64,000 nucleotides of DNA from an uncultured Candidatus Binatia bacterium. Lineage in GTDB: Bacteria; Desulfobacterota; Binatia; UBA9968; JAJDTQ01. How positions within the stretch are numbered: the first letter of the stretch is position 1; each line of letters begins with the position of its first letter. The position numbers and the translations under genes were made by a program. Of the stretch, positions 48,705 through 59,045 are shown in pieces. The DNA is taken from the NCBI GenBank assembly GCA_964291295.2, contig OZ219754.1:736001-800000 (forward strand), written 5' to 3'. Below the pieces are notes generated by a model, which was not told the DNA's origin, searched no databases, and saw nothing but the letters and a program-made list of their open reading frames with translations.

Positions 48705-49817
48705 CTATGCCTTGGCCGCGGCCCGCGTACCCGCGCCTTCCGGCCTGTAGAACCGCTCGGCATTGCGATAGAGCATCGCCGCCTTGTCGTCCCCGGTGAT
48801 CTCGTCGCTCTCCATCAACTCGCCGATGTCGTGCCGGCAGCTCTCGGTGGTGACCTCGTGGGGGAAGTCCGAGGAGTACAGGAACGGCCGGTGCCCCACC
48901 GTCCGGATGGCGAAGGGCAGCGTCAACTCCTCGGTCTCGATACCCAGATAGAAGCGATCTTCCCCGATGAGCCGCTTGATGATCTCGGCGGGGTCCTGGT
49001 CCTCGCCGATGCCGGCCTCGCCGTCGGGGAGGTACTGGAAATGCGTCTCGTGGGACGCATGCAGCCGCTCCAGCAGCATCAGCAGCCAGGCCACGCCGCC
49101 TTCGAGGAAGGCGATGCGCACGTGGGGAAAACGCTCGAAGATGCCGTTGTAGAGGATGTTGGCGCAGTTGAGGGCGATGCCCCAGGGGTGGCCCAGGGCG
49201 TGCACGGGCACGTACATGTTCATCTGGTCGAGTCCGAAGCGGTCGTGGCAACCACCGTGCACCGCCAGACAGCAGCCCAGGCGGTCGGCCTCTTCATAGA
49301 TGGGCCAGTAGACCTTGGCGCCCAGCGGCAACGGCAACCCGTTGGAAGGCATCATGGCGCCCATCATGCCAAGCTCCGTGACCACGCGGCGCAGTTCCTT
49401 GCGCGCCTCTTCGGGATCCTGCATGGGGATCAGGGCCATGGCGTTGAAGCGAGGGTCGCGCTGCAGATAGGTATGGTACGCCCAGTCGTTGTAGGCCTTG
49501 CAGGCGGCGACGGCGTAGTCGAGGCTCACGATCTTCCCGTAGCCCAGCCCCTGGGTCGGATACATCACCGTCCAGTCGATGCCCACGTCCTCCAGGAACT
49601 CAAGCCAACCGTCCGGCCCCACCTTCTCGCGTCCGTCCCGGAGCGGCGGCGTTTCCACCGCGCGGCCATCGTGCAGATGGTCGATGGGCGGGAAGATGAT
49701 GCCCTTCTTGGCGGCAATGTCCCGGTAGGGTCCGTCCATGTGCTCCAGAATTCCCGGGTTGTCTTCCAGGATGTGGCCGTCGCCATCAATGATGCGCGTA
49801 TTGAGTGGACTGGACAT
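48705..49817 (-). CDS. Amidohydrolase family protein
   Basis: IIDGDGH, VHGG, FLEGG, SSDFPHE. Confidence 0.9.
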   Translation of the reverse strand: MSSPLNTRIIDGDGHILEDNPGILEHMDGPYRDIAAKKGIIFPPIDHLHDGRAVETPPLRDGREKVGPDGWLEFLEDVGIDWTVMYPTQGLGYGKIVSLDYAVAACKAYNDWAYHTYLQRDPRFNAMALIPMQDPEEARKELRRVVTELGMMGAMMPSNGLPLPLGAKVYWPIYEEADRLGCCLAVHGGCHDRFGLDQMNMYVPVHALGHPWGIALNCANILYNGIFERFPHVRIAFLEGGVAWLLMLLERLHASHETHFQYLPDGEAGIGEDQDPAEIIKRLIGEDRFYLGIETEELTLPFAIRTVGHRPFLYSSDFPHEVTTESCRHDIGELMESDEITGDDKAAMLYRNAERFYRPEGAGTRAAAKA

Positions 49818-49898
49818 GATCGTGCTCCTCCTTCGGAAAGACCTCGTATTTCTTTTCCCTGTTCCGCTTTCCCTTATACCGTTCCCGGCCGCCATGCA

Positions 49899-50552
49899 TC
49901 AAGAAGATTCAAGGACCTCCCTGCAGCACCTGCCAGGTCCATATCTGGTGGTGGACATCGGGCTCCCCCGGGGCATGGGCCGGTACGCCTCACCCTCTTC
50001 CACCAGCCGCCATTTTCCCTCGGCCTCCAGCAATGACTGCCGCTCCCTGAAACCGTCCTGCTCACAGGTGTCCGGCCGCAGCGAGAAGACGATGTGGCCT
50101 CCGGGACGGGTTATGCGAACCAGCTCGTCCAACGAACGCGCCGGAGCGTGGCCCACCGTGAACACGCCCACGCTGATGACAGCGTCGAAGAAGCGCGGCG
50201 GGAAGTCCAACGGGAGACCCATCTCCATCCGGTGATACTCCCTGTAGACGCTCTTGCGGGCAGCCTCGTCCAACATCCCCCGGGACAGGTCCATGGCCAC
50301 CAGGTATCTGAAGCCCGCCTCGTGCAGCAACGCCCCCACGATGCCCGTGCCGGCACCGGCGTCCAGGATGCAGCCGTGCCTGGGCACCCGTCTGGCGAAG
50401 GCGTCCACCGCCTTGCGCGGGCTCGACCAGCCGAAGCCGGTGTTCAGGTCCCGATCATGGGAGGCGGCCCACTGGTCGTACCTGGCCTCCAGTTCGGCGT
50501 TGTCTTTCGAGGAATAGATCCACTGGATCAGATTTTCCGGTTCGCCTCTCAT
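49899..50552 (-). CDS. Class I SAM-dependent methyltransferase
   Basis: YDQWA, ILDAGAGTG, DLSRGML, RPGG. Confidence 0.9.
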   Translation of the reverse strand: MRGEPENLIQWIYSSKDNAELEARYDQWAASHDRDLNTGFGWSSPRKAVDAFARRVPRHGCILDAGAGTGIVGALLHEAGFRYLVAMDLSRGMLDEAARKSVYREYHRMEMGLPLDFPPRFFDAVISVGVFTVGHAPARSLDELVRITRPGGHIVFSLRPDTCEQDGFRERQSLLEAEGKWRLVEEGEAYRPMPRGSPMSTTRYGPGRCCREVLESS

Positions 50553-50567
50553 GCGCGGCTCCCTTCC

Positions 50568-52061
50568 CTATGGCGTACTCTCCGGCGGCCGGCGGTGGTG
50601 CGTCGCCTGCTCGTAGGCGTAGGCGAGCCGGATCATGCCACCGTCGTCATAGGGCCGTCCAAGAAAGCTGATGCCGGCCGGCAGGCCACCGGCGGTGAAT
50701 CCCGCGGGCACTGTCACGGTGGGCACGTATACCAGGAACGTGTTCAGGTGCGGCGCGCCCTTGTGGTTCACCCAGGGCGGTTTCACGCCGTCGCTGATGA
50801 GCGTGGGCTGGTGCTCCACGGCCTTGTGGACGATGGCGTCCAGGCGGTGCTCGGCCATGGTCTTGAGCAGATGGATCATGAGGTGGTCCCGGGCCAGCAG
50901 ATACCGGTAGTGGTCCGCGGGTTCGGCAGTGACCTTGAGACGCGCCTTCACCGGATCCGAGAGCCTGGCAAACTCCGGCGAACGCATGGCATCCGCGCGG
51001 GTCCGGTACGGCGGGTTTGCGCTCCGGGCCATGTAGACCCCGAAGGCCGTCTCTCCGGCGGTGGGGCTGGCGCAACGCCTGGCAAGAAGCTCGTTCAGCC
51101 GCACCAGCTCCACCGGGTCCACGATCTCGGCGCCGGCGGCGCGCAATTCCTCGACCGCGCTGTCCAGTATCGCCGTGATGCTTCTGAAATCGTCCGCCTC
51201 GGGGTCGGTGTTGTAGCCCATGGGCTCGCGCATAATGCCGATGCGGGCTCCGCGCAGGCCGCCGGCGTCCAGAAAGTCCGTGTAGCTGGGCGGAACGTGT
51301 CCCACCCCTCTGGAGGTGAGCGGGTCCTCTCCGTCATAGCCCACCATGACGTCCAGCAACACGGCCATGTCGCGCACCGTGCGGGCCATGGGACCCAGCG
51401 ACCCGGCCTCCTGCGGCCAGCCGGAGTAGACGCCGGCACGGCTCACCAGACCGGCCGTCGGGCGCATGCCCGCGATGCAGTTCCAGGTGGCGGGCCGGCG
51501 GATGGACGCCAACCCCTCTTGCCCGATGCCGACGGTGCCGAAGTTGGCGGAAACCGCCGCGCCGGAGCCGCCCGACGAACCGCCCACGGTGCGCTTCAGG
51601 TCGTAGGGGTTTCGGGTGGACCCGAACAGCGAGCCGTGGGTGTCGCCCGCCCCCAGCTCCCCAAGGGTGGTCTTGGCCAGCACGATGGCGCCGGCCTCCT
51701 TGAGCTTTTCCACCACACGACAGTCCCGGTCCGGATAGTAGTTCCTGAACAGCACCGAGCCCAAGGTGGTGGGAGTCCCCTTGAGGTCCGCCTGATCCTT
51801 GATGACCACGGGGATACCGTGGAGCGGCCCGGTCTTCCCGAACCTCCCGAAAGCCTCGTCCAGGCGGTCCGCCTCGTCCAGTGCCGCCGGGTTCACCGTG
51901 ATGATGGAGTTGATCCGGGGGCCGCGCCGGTCATGGGCCTCGATGCGATCGATATACATCTGCGCCAGCCGGCGGGCGGTGAGGCTGCCCCCGGCATAGG
52001 CGGCGTGGACCTCCTCGATGGTGGCCTCCGGCAGCGTGAACGAACCTTCGTCCGGGCTCAT
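50568..52061 (-). CDS. Amidase signature family protein
   Basis: LHGIPVVIKD, GGSSGGS, ASIRRPA. Confidence 0.92.
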   Translation of the reverse strand: MSPDEGSFTLPEATIEEVHAAYAGGSLTARRLAQMYIDRIEAHDRRGPRINSIITVNPAALDEADRLDEAFGRFGKTGPLHGIPVVIKDQADLKGTPTTLGSVLFRNYYPDRDCRVVEKLKEAGAIVLAKTTLGELGAGDTHGSLFGSTRNPYDLKRTVGGSSGGSGAAVSANFGTVGIGQEGLASIRRPATWNCIAGMRPTAGLVSRAGVYSGWPQEAGSLGPMARTVRDMAVLLDVMVGYDGEDPLTSRGVGHVPPSYTDFLDAGGLRGARIGIMREPMGYNTDPEADDFRSITAILDSAVEELRAAGAEIVDPVELVRLNELLARRCASPTAGETAFGVYMARSANPPYRTRADAMRSPEFARLSDPVKARLKVTAEPADHYRYLLARDHLMIHLLKTMAEHRLDAIVHKAVEHQPTLISDGVKPPWVNHKGAPHLNTFLVYVPTVTVPAGFTAGGLPAGISFLGRPYDDGGMIRLAYAYEQATHHRRPPESTP

Positions 52062-52167
52062 GCGCACCTCCCTCAATCGCCTGTCGCTTGGTGGCGATTC
52101 CCTGAACGTGTATCACTGTCCGCAGCCATTGCACATGCATGGGCGCGTCGCACGCGGAGGGGCGATC

Positions 52168-52512
52168 ATGGCTGACGAACCCGGAAGCGACTTCACCCGG
52201 GCGCCGGGGCTCCGGATACACCACCCCGAACGGGGCGACCCGGCGGCGCCGGGCCTCCCGCCGGTTCACGGCCAGGCCACGGACAGCGTCGGCCGGGCCG
52301 GCGGCGCCGAGCACTTCGCCGGCCGTTACTTCGTCAGCCGTTGCCACGCGGCGGCGCCGCGGCCCGGTGCCGTCCTCGCCCGGGAACTCGGCCGTGTCCG
52401 GCGCATGGCCTTGCCTCGGGGGCCGGTTCGAGTTCCGGGAAGGCGCCGGACACTCCCGCCCCGGGGCCTGCAACCAACGGTCGTATCCATGGCCGGCGGG
52501 GAACCGAACTGA
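52168..52512 (+). CDS. Hypothetical protein (114 aa)
   Basis: GGAGG RBS and high GC3; no recognisable motif. Confidence 0.45.
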   Translation: MADEPGSDFTRAPGLRIHHPERGDPAAPGLPPVHGQATDSVGRAGGAEHFAGRYFVSRCHAAAPRPGAVLARELGRVRRMALPRGPVRVPGRRRTLPPRGLQPTVVSMAGGEPN

Positions 52513-52565
52513 CCGCGCCCGCCGATCCAGCACCGGAGCGCATCTGGTCGCACCCGACCCTGCTC

Positions 52566-54131
52566 ATGGCCGGGTTCGGCGGCCTGCTGGCATCTCTCGA
52601 CACCTCGGTCAACATCGCGTTCCCGGCCATCACCCGGGCGTTCGGCATCAACCTGATGTCCATTCAGTGGGTCGTGATCAGCTACGTGCTGACTTACGCC
52701 AGCCTGCTGCTGGGCTGCGGCCGGCTGGCAGACCTCTTCGGCCACTGGCGCATCCTCCATATCGGGCTTCTGACCAGCGCCGCCGCATTCCTGGTCTGCG
52801 GTTTCGCCCGGACCTTCGCCGGGCTGCTCATGGGGCGCATGCTCCAGGGGCTGGGAGTGGCACTGATATTCGGCTCGGCCCCCGCCCTGGTGACCTTGGC
52901 CGTCAACCCGGCCGAGCGCGGGCGGGCGCTGGGATTCTACCAGATGAACGTGGCGACGGGGTTCGCCCTGGGACCGCTGCTGGGCGGTGTGCTGGTGGAC
53001 GTCTTCGGCTGGCGCGGGGTCTATCTCTACCGGGTGCTGCCGGCACTGCTCATGGCCTGGTTCACCTCCGTCCGTGTCCGGCCCGGGCAACGGCCGGCCT
53101 CCGGCGAGCGGTTCGACCTTGTGGGCGCCGTCACCCTGACCCTGGGCGCCGGCGCACTGCTGCTGGCCCTGAGCCGGAGCCGCGACCTGGGCTGGACCGA
53201 ACCGGAGGTGCTGGTGCTGGCACTGGCGGGGGCAAGCAGCCTGGTGGTCTTCCTCGTGACCGAGAAACGGGTGGCGGCACCGGTCATCAACCTCGACCTG
53301 TTCCGCCGGCCGGCCTTCACCCTCGCCAACCTGCTCACGCTGGCGGCCAACGCCACCCGCTTCCCCATCGGCCTTCTGGTCCCCTACTATGCCGTGAACA
53401 TCCTGGGCTACCGACCCGGCCTGGGCGGACTGCTGCTGTTCCCGGCCGCGGTGATGACCACCTGCGCCGCCGCATTCGCCGGACGGCTGTCCGACCGCAT
53501 GGGCACCGGCAATCTGAGTTCGGTGGGGCTCGGCGTCCAGTCCGCCGGCCTGTGGCTGACCAGCGGACTGGACGCCGGCTCCGACTACTCGGCCGCGGCC
53601 TTGGCCCTGGGCATGGTGGGGCTGGGACTGGGCACGTTCCAGGTGCCCAACATGAGCTTCATCATGGGCGCCGTCCCGCGTGAACACCAGGGGGTGGCCG
53701 GCAGCATCCACCAGATGATGCGCACCTTCGGCATCGTTTTCGGCGTCACCGGAGCGAGCCTGCTGTTCGAACGTTGGCGCGTCTCCCACGCGGACCTCGG
53801 AGAGGCCGGCGCCTTCGTGGCCGCCTTTCAGCTTGTCTTCCTGACCGTCGCGCTGCTGTGCGCGCTGGCCGCGGTGGTGTCGCTTTTTCGCAGCGGGGCA
53901 ATGCGGCAGGGGGCGAGGGAAGCGGGGGAGGCGGCTTCGCAGGGGGCGGGAGTCTCCGACGGACCTGCCCGCGGCCTGTCAACCCGGCTGGCGGGAAAGG
54001 TTGGCGGGAGAGGCGCCGGAGATGTATCCTGCGGCAGGCGCGCCAACGAGGTGCACGACGAAGTATACCAAGAGGTGCGGGGAGCGGGTCCCGAACCCGC
54101 CCGTGCCCGAACACCCTGGAGGTCGCAGTCA
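52566..54131 (+). CDS. MFS transporter (DHA2/EmrB-like); no stop codon before the RidA gene
   Basis: LDTSVNIAFP, WVVISY, GRLADLFG, R.LQG.G, GP.LGG, GRLSDRMG. Start may be CTG 52509. Confidence 0.85.
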
Positions 54132-54476
54132 ATGAGCATCGAACGAATCAGCCCGCAGGTCTGGAACAGCCGTGCCGTGGTGCACGGCGACCTGGTATTC
54201 CTGTCCGGTGTGGTGGCCGACGACAAGTCGCTGTCCATGAAAGGCCAGACGGAACAGGTGCTGGCCAAGATCGACGAGGTTCTCGCCGCCGCCGGCACCG
54301 ACAAATCCCGCATCCTCACCGCCACCGTGCATCTCGCCGACATCGACGCCAAGGACGAGATGAACGAGGCGTGGATGGCCTGGGTTGACAGGGACAACCT
54401 GCCGGCCCGCGCCGCGGTCGGCGCCGCGCTGACGCCGGGCACCCAGGTGGAGATCATGGTCTGCGCGGCCAGGTGA
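54132..54476 (+). CDS. RidA/YoaB (YjgF) family protein
   Basis: SRAVVHG, GQT..VL..ID, MNEAW..W, PARA, VEI; own GGAGG RBS. Confidence 0.9.
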   Translation: MSIERISPQVWNSRAVVHGDLVFLSGVVADDKSLSMKGQTEQVLAKIDEVLAAAGTDKSRILTATVHLADIDAKDEMNEAWMAWVDRDNLPARAAVGAALTPGTQVEIMVCAAR

Positions 54477-54576
54477 CGCCGCCGTCCCCGCTCCCGGTCA
54501 CGCTCTTCGACGGACCGAACTCGAACGCCGGCGCGGGGACACGGACTTCAAACCGACTTCAAGCCGGGTCCACGTG

Positions 54577-55266
54577 TCAGGGCAGGGCAAGGGACGGTTC
54601 GCCGGGAGCAATGCACTCGGGCGAGTCGTTGACGGGAGAATTGACGACCCGCGAGACCCGGTACCCCTCCATCCGCTGGGTGGGAAAGGGCTTGAGGAGC
54701 GGGGACAAGGTCGCGGGGTCGGCGCTGGCGGGATCGAGCCACCTGGCTTCATCTTCGGGGCGCAGGATGACGGGCATCCGGTTGTGGACCGGCTCCAGCA
54801 GGCTGTTGGGGCTCGTGGTGACGATGGTGAAGGAATAGAGCGGGGTACCGTCGGGCTGAAGCCAGCGGTCCCACAGACCGGCGAAGGCAAACGGCCCGCC
54901 GCCGCGCAGGGTGAAGCGCATGGGGCTTCGGAGACGACCTTCACGACGCCATTCATAGAAACCGTCGGCCGGCACCAGACAGCGGCGTTTCGACAGGAGG
55001 CCCCGGAAGGCCGGCCGCCGGGCGAGGGTCTCGGCGCGCGCATTGATGATGGGCCTGGCACGGTCCCCGGCGTGATGGGGCACGAGCCCCCAGTGCATCA
55101 GACGCAGGGTGCGGGCAGCCGGAGTCTTCGGGTTCACGCCCACCACCGGCGCATCCTGGCTCGGCGCCAGATTGTACCGGGGCGCCAGGGCGATGCCCGG
55201 CTCATCGATACCGAAGCGCTCCACGAGTTCCTGGAGTTCCGCCGTCTGCGTGTAGCGGCCGCACAT
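54577..55266 (-). CDS. SOS response-associated peptidase (SRAP/YedK/HMCES)
   Basis: N-terminal MCGRY, YNLAPSQ, INARAET, GFYEW, HNRMPVIL. Confidence 0.95.
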   Translation of the reverse strand: MCGRYTQTAELQELVERFGIDEPGIALAPRYNLAPSQDAPVVGVNPKTPAARTLRLMHWGLVPHHAGDRARPIINARAETLARRPAFRGLLSKRRCLVPADGFYEWRREGRLRSPMRFTLRGGGPFAFAGLWDRWLQPDGTPLYSFTIVTTSPNSLLEPVHNRMPVILRPEDEARWLDPASADPATLSPLLKPFPTQRMEGYRVSRVVNSPVNDSPECIAPGEPSLALP

Positions 55267-55352
55267 GGACGGAAGTCTACGCCGGGACCCCCGTGGCCAC
55301 AAGCGCCGGCACGAGCAGGCTTGCCAACCCGGGACAACGGCGCTAATAGGCA

Positions 55353-55458
55353 GGGAAGGGCTGAACAAGGCCATGGCGCGACAGGGAACTGCCCGCAGCC
55401 TGTTGATTTGATTCCATTGATTCAGCCCCGGCGAATTCGGGGTTGTTCGGACCTCCCC
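55353..55458 (+). mobile_element. IS5-like MITE, copy C
   Basis: TIRs GGGAAGGGCTGAACAA / TTGTTCGGACCTCCCC; shared core TTGATTCCATTGATTCAGCCCC. Confidence 0.75.
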
Positions 55459-55484
55459 CAAGTTCCGGCCAGGAGGATCCCAGA

Positions 55485-56651
55485 GTGATCATCGACTGCG
55501 ACACTCACATCATGCCCGGCGACGCCTTCAGCGAAATGCCCGAGGAGTTCCGGGCCATGGCGCCGATCCCGCGTTACGGCCAGGACGGACTGCTCGTGGA
55601 CATCGATTTTCCCGGCGGGCCGCCCGAAGTCCCCGGAGTCACGCCGCTGGGCCCGCCGGGGTCCGGCGCCAGCATGAAGGGGCTGGTGGACCTCCAGGTG
55701 CGGCTCGACGAGATGCCCGTGCTCGGCGTGGACCGGCAGTTCATCCTGCCGCAGTTCTCCGGCTGGTGGACCTACATGATCGAGCCGGCGCTGGCGTCGG
55801 CCATCGCCCGCTCGTACAACCTGTCCAACCTGCGCATCATGGAGCACCACGGCGACCGCATCATCGGTGTGGCCCTGGTGCAGCTCCAGGACGTGCCCGC
55901 GGCCATCCGCGAGATGGAATGGGCGCGGCGGGAGGGATTCCGCGCGGTGGTGCTGGACAAGGTCTTCCCGGTCCAGGACCACCCCTACGGCGAAAGCCTC
56001 GGCAGCCACAAGGAGTTGTGGCCCTTCTTCGCCCGGGCGGAGGAGATGGAGATGCCCATCTACCTTCACAACATCCAGCACGGCCACCGCATCAGCAACC
56101 TGCCCAACTTCCAGAAGGACGGCCTCTACCTGTTCGCGCCGCAGGAAGGGCAACTGAGCCTGGTGTCGCTGGTGACCAGCGGCCTGCTGGACGACTTTCC
56201 CGGCCTCCAGTTCATCTTCACCGAGGCCGGAACGGGCTTCATCAAGCCGCTGGTGGAGCGACTGGACGCCGCCTTCAACGGCCCGCCGGTGGACTACGAC
56301 GGGGACGCCGACGCCGATGTCATGCGCGGGGTCAAGACCCGGCTGCGCCGTCACCGGGCGTTCTACGGACCCGAGGTTTTTCTGGAAAAGAACAGGCAGC
56401 CGGCGAGCCACTACTTCCGCAACAACTTCTACTTCACCATCGAGACCGAGGAAGCCGCCCTGCCCGAGGCCATCGAGTTCCTCGGACCCGAGCGCTTCCT
56501 CTTCGCCACCGACTACCCCCACGACGACCCCGGCGGCAGCATGAAGTTCCGGGACGTCCAACTCCTGGCCATGAACCGGCACATCTCCGACGAAAACAAG
56601 GAACTCATCCGCCACGGCAACGCCGAGCGGTTGTTCAAGCTGGACGGGTAA
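55485..56651 (+). CDS. Amidohydrolase family protein
   Basis: IIDCDTH, YLH, FTEAG, ATDYPHDD; AGGAGG RBS before GTG. Confidence 0.9.
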   Translation: MIIDCDTHIMPGDAFSEMPEEFRAMAPIPRYGQDGLLVDIDFPGGPPEVPGVTPLGPPGSGASMKGLVDLQVRLDEMPVLGVDRQFILPQFSGWWTYMIEPALASAIARSYNLSNLRIMEHHGDRIIGVALVQLQDVPAAIREMEWARREGFRAVVLDKVFPVQDHPYGESLGSHKELWPFFARAEEMEMPIYLHNIQHGHRISNLPNFQKDGLYLFAPQEGQLSLVSLVTSGLLDDFPGLQFIFTEAGTGFIKPLVERLDAAFNGPPVDYDGDADADVMRGVKTRLRRHRAFYGPEVFLEKNRQPASHYFRNNFYFTIETEEAALPEAIEFLGPERFLFATDYPHDDPGGSMKFRDVQLLAMNRHISDENKELIRHGNAERLFKLDG

Positions 56652-56862
56652 GGCAGGCCGCGTCACGAAAGGGGACCGGCGCCGACGATCGCGAAGAGCT
56701 TGCGGGCTGACGGGCATATGAAACCGGCGAACACTGCTGGCCAACCGGAGCCTCGAGGCTTTTCTCGTCCGGGCACCCGTGTTAATTTTCAGCTGTGTGG
56801 AGGCAACCATGGTTGAGAAGAGAGCGTCACGAAAGGGCAGTTTGTACATGACGAAAAACCCG

Positions 56863-57123
56863 ATGGATACCGCCTTTCTCTTTGCAACTCCCTCGCTGTG
56901 GTCGGGGATGGCCAGAGTGCTTGACATTTGCGGCCAGTTCGACAGCTACAACGCAAGCGAAGCAGCGGAAACGGCCGATGCCAAGGCGCTGTATGCCGAC
57001 TTCAGGATGATTGGCCAGGATCTGAAGCTGGCCATGGAGACCTCGTCCACCGGCGCCGATGCTCTGGTGGACCGCCGCCAACTTGCCTTCGCCTTCATGG
57101 ACCTGGCGAGCTCCGGCAAGTGA
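56863..57123 (+). CDS. Small hypothetical protein coupled to a DUF2335-like gene
   Basis: FLFATPSLWSGMARVLD...ADAKALYADF..IG.DL; GTGA overlap with the next gene. Confidence 0.65.
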   Translation: MDTAFLFATPSLWSGMARVLDICGQFDSYNASEAAETADAKALYADFRMIGQDLKLAMETSSTGADALVDRRQLAFAFMDLASSGK

Positions 57124-57618
57124 CGCCGGACGACAAAAAGAGCACCCCGCCCGATATCAGACCCCAGCCTCCCGAGGCTGCCAACTTCACGATCACCGCA
57201 TCGCGGCAGACCACGGTCGAGTTCCGGGGTCCGCTTCCGCCGCCCGAGGTACTGCAAGCATACAACAAGGCGCTGCCCGACGGCGCCGAACGTATCGTGG
57301 CCATGGCGCGCCGAACGTATCGTGGCCATGGCGGAGAGGCAGTCTGCCCATCGACAGGAGTTGGAGAGAACCGTCATCAAGGGGAACGTTGCGGTTCGGA
57401 AGATGGGTGTTTTGGCATCCCTCTTGCTCACCATGAGTGCGCTGACCTTCGGCTCCTTCCTCATCTAAAACGACAAGGACGTCTCCGGATTGGCTGTGAT
57501 CATCGCCAGCCTCGCCAGCCTCGCCAGCCTCGCTGGCGTGTTCATCTATGGCAGACGTTCCCAGGAACGGGAAAGGACCGAGAAGGAGAAGCCGTTTCAG
57601 GATCAGGCGGCTGATTGA
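57120..57618 (+). pseudogene. DUF2335-like membrane protein, disrupted
   Basis: FRGPLPPP..L..Y....PDGAERIVAMA-ERQ..HR..LE plus two TM segments. A 25-bp duplication at 57283-57332 shifts the frame; in-frame TAA at 57466. Confidence 0.8.
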
Positions 57619-57665
57619 CGCGAACCGTCACCGTACCAACCCGGACACCGGGGCCGCACGGCCAC

Positions 57666-57900
57666 TTACAACCCATCGGATGTCCTCATCCGTGAACTCG
57701 CAGGTTCGCGGACCTGCTCCCGCGACACGTGCCCGTCGTCCATGTCCTGCCGGACGCGCTCGGAGGAACGTTCCCCGGGACCACCGCAGCCGCCGCCTGC
57801 GCTGCGGACGACGGTGAGTCCGGCGACGGCCCGCAGCGGGCGGGTCGCCAGCATGTCGACCTGGGCCGGATTCTCGCTGGTCTTGAGGATCCCTGCCGCC
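57666..57900 (-). pseudogene. Possible relic of a hydantoinase B/oxoprolinase C-terminus
   Basis: VVRSAGGGCGGPGERSSERVRQDMDDGHVSREQVRE resembles the GGGGYGDP.ER...V..DV..G.VS motif. Confidence 0.45.
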
Positions 57901-57957
57901 GCCACATCGAGGACGAGCAGGGGCGGCCAAGCCGGTGCGGGTCGCCGCCTCCGTCGG

Positions 57958-58962
57958 TCAGCGCGACAGGTCCACCACGACGCGGCCGCGCACGCCGCCC
58001 TTGAGGATGTTCTCGATGTGTCCGTCGAGGTCGGGCAGGGTGGCGTCGGTGGTGACGGCATCGAGGTCGGGCAGCTTCCACTTGCCGGCCATCTTTCGCC
58101 ACAGGGCGGCGCGGATGTCTGCCGGACAGTCGGGCGTGGCCACGCCGATGAGACGCACGTCCCGGAGAATGAACGGAAAGACGGTGGTGTCGAGTTCCGC
58201 CGAGGCGACATTGCCGCAACAGGTGACCACGCCGCCGTACCGGGAGGCCTTGAGGGCGGTGGCGAGGATGTTGCCACCCACCGTGTCCACGACCCCGGCC
58301 CACAGGCCCTTGAGCAGCGGGCGCCCTGACCGGTCGTCGGCGTCCTCGCGCGAGATCACGTCGGCCGCGCCCAGGCCCGTGAGGAAATCCCTTTCGGCCT
58401 TCTTGCCGGTGGACGCCACCACCCGATAACCCGCCTGGGACAGGATGGCCACGGCCAGGCAACCGACCCCACCGGTGGCGCCGGTCACCAGCACGTCGCC
58501 CGACTCGGGCGTGACCCCGGACTCCTGCAACCGCCACACCGACAGGGCCGCGGTGAAGCCGGCGGTGCCGTACACCATGCATTCCCTGAGACTCAGCCCG
58601 TCCGGGCGCCTTACCGCCCAAGCGGCCGGCACCCGCACGTATTCGGCAAAGCCGCCGTCGGTGTTGGCACCCAGGTCGAAGCCGGTGAGCACCACATCGT
58701 CACCCTTGGCGAAGTCGCCCACCCCGCTCTCCACCACCGTGCCCGCGGCGTCGATGCCGGGGGTGTGTGGATAGTTGCGGGTGACTCCCCGGTTGCCGGA
58801 CGCCGACAGCGCGTCCTTGTAGTTGAGGGACGAATAGGCCACCGAAACCAGCAGGTCGCCGTCCGGCAGTTCGTCCACCGACCTTTCCGTGATGGTTCGG
58901 GAAAAGGTCTTGTCCTCGTTTTCGCTGACGACCATGGCTCGGAAACGCGTCGGGTCCGACAT
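57958..58962 (-). CDS. YhdH/AcuI-family quinone oxidoreductase (acryloyl-CoA reductase-like)
   Basis: YSSLNYKDAL, PGIDAAG, GTAGFTAAL, VTGATGGVG, DTVGG, PFILR. Confidence 0.92.
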   Translation of the reverse strand: MSDPTRFRAMVVSENEDKTFSRTITERSVDELPDGDLLVSVAYSSLNYKDALSASGNRGVTRNYPHTPGIDAAGTVVESGVGDFAKGDDVVLTGFDLGANTDGGFAEYVRVPAAWAVRRPDGLSLRECMVYGTAGFTAALSVWRLQESGVTPESGDVLVTGATGGVGCLAVAILSQAGYRVVASTGKKAERDFLTGLGAADVISREDADDRSGRPLLKGLWAGVVDTVGGNILATALKASRYGGVVTCCGNVASAELDTTVFPFILRDVRLIGVATPDCPADIRAALWRKMAGKWKLPDLDAVTTDATLPDLDGHIENILKGGVRGRVVVDLSR

Positions 58963-59045
58963 GAGAGGCTCCCCGGCCCTGTATTCAACAGAGCGAGATC
59001 AACAGAGCGAGACAATCCAACCGATCTCCTGCGGCGCAGGCTCCC

